Assembly: GCA_024704765.1 (NCBI GenBank)
Contig: JAKMXF010000310.1
Location: forward strand, 62,001-126,000
Reading direction: 5' to 3'
Length of the DNA stretch: 64,000 bases
Source of the DNA: Oopsacas minuta
Lineage: Eukaryota; Animalia; Porifera
A program made the position numbers and the translations under genes. Under the pieces are notes generated by a model that made no database searches, was not told the DNA's origin, and worked only from the letters and a program-made list of their open reading frames with translations. Below, one piece after another: positions 25,235-34,517 of the stretch; within the stretch, counting starts at the first letter, position 1; the number at the start of each line of letters is the position of its first letter.

Positions 25235-28233
25235 CACAGTGGCACGGCATGTGGAAATAGGTGAAAAAAATATAACCTCAAATTGCTTTATAGTGTTGAT
25301 ATTTGAATTCAGCACCCCCACAAACCTCGGAAAACATTTGACATCTCTACAATAGACTTTCCATTTAGCTCCTACGTCTATTCCAATGAGAGCATAATTG
25401 AAATTCGAAAGATTGATTTATGATTTCAATTTTCGGTCATGATGTAATTTTGAATAATATGGATTCTCACGTCAAATAACTGCTATTTATAGTATACCAA
25501 TCGAAAGCTCTTATGTTGCTGAATAATAAATCACGTTAATCTTGGCTCCAATGAACAGATGGAATTTACTATTCTCATTTTAAACAAACTTGTTCGTACA
25601 AGTGCAATAAATAGAAACACGTTTCATTAAAACTCTAGTACTTTTTTTGCCTTCACTTGCGGAACTTTCCATTGCACTTTCCTAATAGCTCTTTTCGTCC
25701 TCTACAAAATACACTTTAAATTATGGTGTCAGGAAGTGTCAACGATATTTTTTTTTGCGATTTTAAATATAATCCATTCACAATTATCTAATTTTTGGCC
25801 CATATAAATCATAAATAATTGTTGTGGTTGTTTATTAGCACATTTTTCATTATGAATAACGAAGATGCATACACGTTCTTAACTGCACAAAAGAATAAAA
25901 CAATCACTTCTCTCGCGTCCTCGTTTATTGTCCTCAATAATTTGGAAGAAACAGAGCATGATACAGTTCGGAGAAAATTTTCGACCCTCAGAGAAGATAG
26001 GAGAGAATACCTGAAACGACCCGATATAACTACTTGGAATGCGATACCTTTTCATACACCACTTAAACACCCGAGATTGAGTACAGGTTATCAATGCTCA
26101 GATGAAGTCATGGTGATAGGGAGTGTTTCTTCTAGCCAATCAACCTCTGTTTTCGAAGAAGATTTTAGTAAGCCCACCCGTAAGCCTCTGAGGGAATTAT
26201 CACTAAAGGTCTTCGCAGCCGATTGTCCTCCTTACTAACACATCTTGAAAAGGTTGCTGTACAAGAGAATGTTTCCAGTAAAGAACTATCCTGTTACCTG
26301 ATGATGCTATGTTCACAGACTGAATACGACTTTACTACTACCAAGTTCTGTAAAGAAATTATTGCTAAGGGAAGCTTCGGTCCAGTCTGCAATAAACTAA
26401 CCTGCGATAAAGCTGCGTTCTTGATGGATTCTTTAGAAATTGGAAAGAAGAAATACATCGATTTAAGACGTTTATTGCTTTCAGATGTCCAGCTTCCAGG
26501 TTACAATCGATTAGCTACCCATCGATCTCAAATTTGCTTGACTAATGACATCTTTTCAGTTGATCGAGAACATCGGGTAGGCATTGCTGTATCTTACAAA
26601 AAGCTTCTGACTCATACAGTAAACAGAATATTGACTGCTTCTGCCAATGAAATTCCCAGCGCCAGCAATCCTAAAAGGATACGAATTTCAGATGGACTTG
26701 ACGGTTCTGGCTCTCACCGGGTTTATCAGCAAGCGACTCACCCCAATATTTCAACAAAAAGTTTTATTTTATTCGGGTTTAAGGTGATTTCCATATCCGA
26801 CACCAATAACAAACTGATTTGGAAAAACCCTCTACCAAATTCTCCTTTCTCAATTAGACCTGTTGCGATACTAGCTCTACAGGAGAACGAAGACAATATT
26901 CGATATCTTATGGATACACTAATCAATAAGGAGTCCACAGAGATAACGGAAAAGGGTTTAGAACTAACAAGCGGATTTTGTGAAGTTGAAATTCAACGTT
27001 CACAATTGGATGGCAAAATGGCTAAGATTATTAGTGGAGCTGGGGGTGCATGTTGCCAGTTCTGCACAGCGACATTCAAACAAATCCATGATCCGGATAT
27101 CGTAAAAGACGGTTTTCCAATTAATCGATCCATCACAGACCTGAAAGTATTATTTGATGAAGTTAACGAAGAGGAGTTTCTATCATTATCTTCTGACAAC
27201 AGATTCAACGTTACACACAGACCAATATCTGACTTAGAAATCATACCCAGTTCGCCTTTGCATGCATATCTCCGATGTTTTGGCTGGTTTTTACATCTAA
27301 TTAGCCATTTGCACGCAGGAGTATTTAAGTGGTCACCAACTTCTAAGAGAGTCTCAGATGCTAAAACTTTCGTTACAAGTTTAATTAAAGACAATCTCAA
27401 TATTATTATTGACATCCCTTCAACACAAGGTGGCACAACGACTACTGGTAATGTGGTAAGACGATGCTTGATAAGAAAGGATGACAACGATCAAGATTTC
27501 CTCTACTGGGTTTTGACAGTGATCCCGTCTGAGTTCAAGTCCCACATAATTGAAATTCACACATGCCTAGGAGCAATCCTACGCGTCTATAATAGCAGCA
27601 GAAGAGTGGATACAGAAGAACTAGCGCTTGTTTGCAGTAATATCTACCAGTCAATTCTCTGTGCATTTCCTTGGGCTAATGTTTCCCCGACGTTACACAA
27701 ACTGTTAGCACATGCACCGGAAATCATCTCAACGTTTAATGATGGACATGGGCTAGAGAACTTATCTGAAGAAGGACTAGAGGCTTCTAACAAATATATT
27801 CGGAGATACAGAGATCGTCTTGCTCGCAAGTTTTCATTTGAAGAAAATTTAAAGGATGTATTTGTTCGATTGATTTCTCACAGTGATCCCATGCTGTTAA
27901 TGAATCGCAAGTTTTCTATTCCAAGGCCTCCATCTAGCCAAGGACTTAGAAGTAGCCAAGATATTTTAGTGAACACCCTTATTCGTGATCATGAAGATCA
28001 TAATGATGATTAAAAGTAAACCTCTCAATCGATTAATAGAAAATTTGGGGAATTTTCACACCTCAGATAGGTGACAATGACGTCATAACTTTGTCACCTG
28101 AAGGGATAGAGAAAAAATGAGTATCCCATTCGATTCGTTGGGCTCGAAAACCTATATGACAATAATACATTTTGAGGACCTATGTGCCATCAAAATGCCT
28201 ATTTCCACATTCTGACCATTTCGTGCCACTGTG
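25235..28233 (+). mobile_element. Transib (RAG1-core-like) transposon, 2999 bp
   Basis: Both ends begin CACAGTGGCACG; perfect 5-bp TSD CAGTG (25230-25234 and 28234-28238); encodes a RAG1-core-like transposase. Confidence 0.92.
25852..28013 (+). pseudogene. RAG1-core-like Transib transposase (~720 aa if one frameshift near 26200 is corrected)
   Basis: DDE-type motifs GLDGSG, QLDGKMA and SEEGLEASNKYIRRYR; Zn ligands CCQFC and TLHKLLAHAPEII; SPLHAYL and TTGNVVRR. Confidence 0.88.
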
Positions 28234-28439
28234 CAGTGTTTTTCATGGACTAGTGATTGACAATACCATAATCGTAGCCCCGGTCTCTTATCTCTTGGTT
28301 GGAGACTAACTATACTAATATTTCTATCTGCAACTTCTTTCGAAGTATCAGAATCTTCTGAACTGCTACTTAGATTTCCGATTTCTAATAAAGTAAATGT
28401 GAGTTACTCATATTTTCAAATAATTCTAACGGAGTTAAA

Positions 28440-29110
28440 CCTCCACTTGTTAGCCTTTCTTTTCATTATCTCCGTGGTTCTTCGTTAATCCTGTTCTGTT
28501 TTTTGACTGCCTCGTTATTTCCAATCCTTGTTTCAGTCGCGGAATTTCGTTATCATAATCAACAATGTTGTTATTAAGTAATGAAACTCCAAATTCTTGG
28601 ATGACTCGGTTAGTCGCAAATTTGAGTTTGCCATGGTAACATTCTGCCCCATTATTAGTTCCATATTCGAGTCCAAAAATTGATAATTCTTCAGATGCAA
28701 TAGTTGTTAGCCAGTGATTTACAAAATACTTTATAGAAGTGTCTAATTAATGACTTTAACCGGCTAGTATAGTAGGAATTTGTAGAAGAAAATATGTTGA
28801 TGAAATCAACTCGGCTGGTAGAAATGGAATTGACAAAACTTTCTTTAAGAATGAAGCCACCTCATAGTTACGCGTAAACTTTAAACAAGACCACATTTGT
28901 GAATATTCCTCCAAATTACCTGGGTATAGTGAAACCAACATCCATGTATACTAGCTCCTTGATAAACTTGCCTATATACGTAGCACTTGATTTGTGGCAG
29001 TCATTTTATATAGAGCACATCTTAAATAAAGTATCTGCCTTTCGATTTGTAGCAAAGTATTTGTGCAAATCAGAAGAATGGAATAGTAATGCATGTTTCA
29101 CGAAATCGAT
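28440..29110 (-). pseudogene. MULE (Mutator-like) transposase remnant
   Basis: FLKKVLSIPFLPAELI, and KYFVNHWL...LSIFGLEYGTNNGAECYHGKLK (TNNxxExxH motif), broken by stops. Confidence 0.65.
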
Positions 29111-29120
29111 CTAATGCAAA

Positions 29121-29670
29121 GGGACGCATGCAATTGTCCGAAATTTGGAGTATGCATTTGTCCGACAGAAGTAAAGCTTGAATGAAGGAAACAAGAAGAA
29201 ACTAGTAGCAAGTAAAAGCCTTGGGCTCAGTATAAAGTTAGAATGAAAGCCAGAACCTGTACGACTAGAATACCAGTAACAAATGACAGTAATCCTATCC
29301 TGTGATTTGTAGTGATGAAGATCCCCTTAATCAGGGCGATATTTACAACATTTGCAGTCTATCTAGCTAATGCGGCACTAGAAACGATCAAATTGCCACT
29401 AAATTTGAATAGAAATGATGGGAAGTCAATTCCCCCAGAAAAAATGCGAAAAAACATCCTAATCCCCAATTTTCAGCAGGAATAATCAATAATACGAGGA
29501 CAAGTCCATCCTGAGAGCAATGTGAATTGAAATACTCCAGTCATCAAGTAGATCTAATGACAAATTTCGGACAAATGCATACTTCAGTCGGACAGATGCA
29601 TACTATAAATTCGGACAAATGTAGCTCTCCCAATGCAAACATCCGAAATTCGATAGAATGCAGCGTCCCC
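29121..29670. mobile_element. MITE-like element with subterminal TTGTCCGA/TCGGACAA repeats
   Basis: Ends GGGACGC...GCGTCCC with internal inverted copies of ATGCATTTGTCCGA. No clear TSD. Confidence 0.5.
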
Positions 29671-29941
29671 GAATATTTATTGAATAATATGATTATTGTT
29701 ATATCTCAGTGAGTAGAAGACTTAGATAATATTTAGGGAAAATTTGGTTATTACCACAATTACATACACTAATAACTAATAACTAGCATATGAGGATATG
29801 TAACATATAAAAAGATATATAAAATACAATTATATTATCAACAAAAATCACATTACTTACTACAGGTGCCCCTTTCAGTACAGGTATCTCTTTTATATCT
29901 CTTACCAGCCGCTAGTAGAGCTTTATTTATAAAGTAATCTT

Positions 29942-30526
29942 TTAGATTTTCCTCAACTTGTTGGGGATGACCGCTTCTTGATCGACCATTTCAAATTTCA
30001 TAAAATATAAATCTACAGTAGTTTTTTTCTCATCACTATAAGGAGCCAAATTGAACTTTATTTGCGTACCAGCTAAAATATAATTCAAATTACCTTCCTT
30101 TTTCTCAACAGCAATTCGCATATAACCAAATTCCCCAGGACCTTTCCCTCCGATCTCAAAATTATGGAAATTCTTTTCAGCTTCGTCCATTAAACTCGCA
30201 TCCTTTAGCTGCTCAATCCCATCTTCTGGAATTTTATAAAACTTTCCCATATTTTTTACTATTCTGTCCCAATTTTCCTCTTTAATACCTTCACCAGAAT
30301 CATGGAATACATTTTCATTGTACTTACTGAATTGTATCTGTTTTATTTCTTTTTCAGTATTTTCCAATACTTCGTGATCAGGGTATTCTATCATTTCGTA
30401 AAATACACTTTTCAGCTCCTCTGTTCCATAAGTTGTTATTATTATTATTGACAAGTTGATTGCCAATAAAACATATTGAGTAATTGATAACTGCATTTTA
30501 GATTTAATCAGACACTTGCTATACAT
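29942..30526 (-). CDS. Orphan secreted protein B (paralog of 24087-24910), single exon
   Basis: Hydrophobic leader (from MQLSITQYVLLAINLSIIII). Gapless 43-residue match to protein A: F..Y.E..F...G.......WD........F....E.....LK. Confidence 0.75.
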   Translation of the reverse strand: MYSKCLIKSKMQLSITQYVLLAINLSIIIITTYGTEELKSVFYEMIEYPDHEVLENTEKEIKQIQFSKYNENVFHDSGEGIKEENWDRIVKNMGKFYKIPEDGIEQLKDASLMDEAEKNFHNFEIGGKGPGEFGYMRIAVEKKEGNLNYILAGTQIKFNLAPYSDEKKTTVDLYFMKFEMVDQEAVIPNKLRKI

Positions 30527-31077
30527 TGTATTATATTGATAAATATATAAAAATATAATTCCTATTGATTACTTATATTACAGTATGAGTCATATTTTAT
30601 GCAATTTTAAATATAATAATCTCATACTTTTGCTTTTTAGGGTATGGTGGAATTATTCAAAAGTTGTGAGTGGGATGAATGGGAAATCGTTCAATTTATC
30701 AAATATGGGAAGATTTGGACAAAACACAGGTCGTGTGATAGTTAGACGATGATAAATGAAAGAGAATGAAATAACAAAATCTGAAATGGTTAGACTAAGG
30801 AAATGTTGTATGAGAAATGATGAAAGGCCAGCCTCGATTTGTACATGCTTTATAGTCATACTGTCATAGACAATATAAATTTTACGTGAGCGATCGAATT
30901 GAAATTTAGCGGTTTGAGCTCTCTAGTAAATTGCATACCTACCTTACATGCAATTATAACATTCCATGTATTCTGCATTGACCAATTGAAGGCACACATT
31001 GTTTATGCATGTACAGGGGAAATTGGAGGTCCTTAGAGGGATCTGACTCAATTAGGTTGGCACCAGGTAGGTATGCA

Positions 31078-32041
31078 ATTGTATATAGGAACAAAGGTAT
31101 CTTTTAGGCTTGGAAATAGAACACGAGACGCCAGTAGGGAAACTAGTTCAATGAGTCTTGTTGAGAAAAATTCTCTACAACATTATTTTATTAGAAGAGC
31201 TTTGGAAAATTTGAAACGAAAGGAAACTACTTTTATAATCCATGCTACGAAATAAACCAAATACATAATGTATATATTAATTTTGAGTTGGTGTCGGAAT
31301 ATACAAACAGGTCTGTATATTATTATGAATGGTTATAGTATTTTGAACAAGGTATATGACCCTGGATATAGTTCACATAAGATATATTATATACTGCCTG
31401 ATAATATGGTATATCCCATGTTTCGCTATGTAGTTGCACACGTGTACGTATATCTTTTCATATTACAAAATATTTATCAGTTTCCTCATCTGTTGATATA
31501 TCTGTTTACAATGATGTTGTGTTAGTTTCATATTAGTATTTACAGCATTCGGTTCAATTTGTACTTACACTGGAGTACAGGCCCGCCCCAGCCCCCCCCC
31601 CCCTCTATCTGAATTCTGTTCATTAGTCCATTCTGCATGATTACTGCTTCAGCGGTGATGTTGTGAAGAGCAGCTGATGTCTATATGGATCCGTCAGCTG
31701 GAGAGTTGACTGATGTAGGAAGGATAGAAGTGATTGCTTTAATCATTTCGTCGCCTATGTGGGTAAGGGTTGGTGGTTGAGGGGGTTAGGAATTAAGAGC
31801 TGTGTTCCTATGTGCGGTATGGATGGTACTGGCAGGGGAGGAGTTCGTGAGCACGGTACTACCATCGATACATTTTCAAAAAATCTGATGAACACCAGGA
31901 GTATAAATGGAATTTCTTAGCTCGGGTAGCCCTGCTCAGGATTTTAGGTTATATTTTATGTCACAAAAACAATATGAGTATGGTCTATCATACATTCAAC
32001 TTCAATAAAGATTAAAGGCCTGAGTGCTCGTGACAAATTAG
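31078..32041. repeat. Right arm (964 bp) of the inverted duplication; carries an orphaned copy of protein A exon 3
   Basis: Reverse complement of 23304-24264. It begins 11 nt before the exon-3 start and lacks the upstream exons. Confidence 0.95.
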
Positions 32042-32159
32042 TCATTTAGTATCAAACGCACCCAAAAAGCCAAAATGATTACAAGGAACCAGCTGCAGGA
32101 ATCTCTATTCAGATAATATTTGTTACATAACCATTACTTGGTATAAAAGTAAGCATAAA

Positions 32160-32720
32160 GGAGAGAAATGATGCAGCAGGGCTGCCATACTCACCAAACT
32201 GGAAACCCTAGAAGTCTAGATGCACCCTGAATCGTCCAGACAGCGTCAAAGGCACTCAGGAATACCCTAACTAACCTAGAGCATGTTGGCCAGAAAGGCT
32301 TATGGGAGTTTCTCCCGCTACTAGCAGCAGCAGCAGAGACTGCGTGTTGTGACGCGAATAGAGAAGTAAAGTGAAACAGGCCCTTCAACAAAAATTCAAT
32401 AATTCTGTCATCTATAACGACAGGCATACCCACTAACATGTCGTAGCAATACCTTAATGGAGGAAGATTCCCTCCGATATATGGATACTGAAATAGTGAC
32501 TGGTCTAGTTGTCCCGTTTACTGCAACACCTCATAAGGGAACAATTCCTCCAGTTCTAGCTGTATCGGCTCAACCAAGGATGGATATTGCTATTCATATC
32601 TCAGAGTAGAGACTGAAAGGAAACTTAGGTGTTTCGGCAGAAATATTAAGAAATTCTAAGAATATGACTATGTCTCACCTAAAGACAAGATAGAGAACTT
32701 TATAAGTATCGTGAAGCTCA
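32160..32720 (+). pseudogene. Possible degenerate 3' fragment of an RLE-type non-LTR retrotransposon
   Basis: Broken frames give LNGGRF...DSLRY and GTIPPVLAVSAQPRMDIAI, resembling the GRFxWRHDS and GTIPPxxxxxxxxPDIVI motifs. Many stops. Confidence 0.35.
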
Positions 32721-33140
32721 TACTCAGAACTCAGAACTCCTTCCTGGTGATCATAAGGAGCACGGCATGACCTACTTAACATTTGTTTTAATTTACTCTA
32801 AATCCTATTTAGATTTTTTACCTAATCCACCAATTACTGGTTATGTTCTCTAGAGTCTAGACATACACCGTAAACCACCCAGGACTTATCATATAGTTAA
32901 TATAATGAACGTTTTCTTCTATTTTATCAAACTTTCATCTTACTCAATCAAAAATGTCTGCTTAAGTCCTGATTTCAAGTCCTTCCACGCTCAACAAATG
33001 TTTTATTTTGGTGGTAGATAACTGCCCGAATTGCCAAATTCACGTCTCTAACGTAAGGCCTCGACGGGTAACAAATTACTACACTTTATTTTATGTTACA
33101 AAAAGTGCATTTGTTGTTGTTTACTTTTCCACTTAGCTAA

Positions 33141-33401
33141 ATGCCTCAACACCAAAAGCTCAATCAGAATAAACACAAATATAAACAAAAGAATCACAGT
33201 TCAGCAAGTGTTAAAAGGATTGCTTTGAAGAAAAATAAATTCTCTCAAAAGAAGAAAATGAAGAACTCTAAAGATTTGAGAAAATCAGCTGATGCTCAGA
33301 TGAAACAGAGGATAGAGAGAGAACTGGCAGAGAGGGCAGCTAAACACGGAGGTCCTATTAGAAGTATTAAACTAGTGGAGAGTAAGGAGAGAACCAAATA
33401 G
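33141..33401 (+). CDS. UPF0390/DUF2462 (C19orf53-like) small basic protein
   Basis: 86-aa Lys-rich protein ending RIERELAERAAKHGGPIRSIKL, matching the family's IExxxxxxA...LxxxK pattern by eye. Confidence 0.55.
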   Translation: MPQHQKLNQNKHKYKQKNHSSASVKRIALKKNKFSQKKKMKNSKDLRKSADAQMKQRIERELAERAAKHGGPIRSIKLVESKERTK

Positions 33402-34343
33402 CGATTGATTTTATTGTTATTGTAATTCAAATTCAATAGAAGAGTGGTTAGCGGACAATCCTGTGGAATGTGGTCAACCTGAGGCGGAGAAACGGGAAAT
33501 TCCCTAAATGATTCCTACTAAATTTAACCTATAATATTTCAATTTTTCACACTTTAGGCCTATTTTAGATTTTTAGTTAATTAATTAATTATTTAATTAA
33601 CTATTTAGCATTGAAAATAATTTGTGTGTTCTAAGTTGGAAAGCTGTGAGTGAATACTTTATTAATACAACTACACTATGATTCAATACTTTATTAATAC
33701 AACTACACTATGATTCAATTGCCTCTCTGAGTAAATTACAAAATTCCTCCCCTTGAATCCGCACGAATTATTATAAAGACACATTTCTAACTTCAAATCT
33801 GTAATGTTTGAAGTAAATTTATTCTGTCAATTGAACACCAATCATGTAACAATTTTTACGTGCCTTATACTTAAGTATAATTAGTTCCGTATCCGCTCTA
33901 CAGCCCACACCGTTTTATTAAGAGCTGAAAATTTGTCAAAGGGTTCATTATGAACTCTACGTCTTTTAATTTGATGAAATGAATTTTTTAAATAAGTATG
34001 ACGAGTGACCACATGGGGAGGAATCGCGTCTAGCTAATAAAATATCAAAAATGTTTGGTACAATCTAATACAGACTAGAAATGTCTAATACAGAAGACAA
34101 ATATTATCAGTTCCTTGAGGAATCAGCATCTTTATCTCTCCTAGCTACTTAAGTGCTGAAAATATTGTTGAATTTATCATTATTCTGTCTCGATCTTGTC
34201 CGAACAGAACAGTGACAGAGCCACAGCGATACAATCGGATGACAAATTCATAGAATTATGAATGCATATATACTTGTTTATCATTCTTTCCTAGAATATT
34301 GGTACGAGACGGAGATCTGCCAGTATTTTTTGGTTGACTATTG

Positions 34344-34437
34344 CAGTGGTTCTCAACCTGGGGTCCGCAGCCCTAAAATGTTTTCGTTATGTTTATTTTC
34401 ATGAGGTCCGCGGAAGAAAAAAGGTTGAGAACCAATG
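34344..34437. mobile_element. 94-bp hAT-Charlie-type MITE just upstream of maelstrom
   Basis: TIR CA(G/T)TGGTTCTCAACCT with a perfect 8-bp TSD GACTATTG. Confidence 0.85.
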
Positions 34438-34517
34438 GACTATTGTATGAATAATTATTAATGTTACTAGTTAGACCTTAATTCTTCTCCTCTCTTCCTA
34501 GTAGTTATTTTGCCATT

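Noticed and set aside
26190-26240. Programmed -1 frameshift in the Transib transposase
   Set aside because: No X-XXY-YYZ slippery heptamer at the junction. A single-base deletion or assembly error is simpler.
25242-28226. Canonical RSS nonamer, 12/23 spacers or a RAG2-like gene in the Transib
   Set aside because: No ACAAAAACC at 12 or 23 nt from either heptamer (only a weak A-tract on the left), and there is no room or kelch-like ORF for a RAG2-like gene.
23304-32041. Giant foldback/Polinton-like element with 1-kb TIRs and cargo
   Set aside because: No TSD, no polymerase, integrase or capsid genes, and the left arm is embedded in host coding sequence at both ends.
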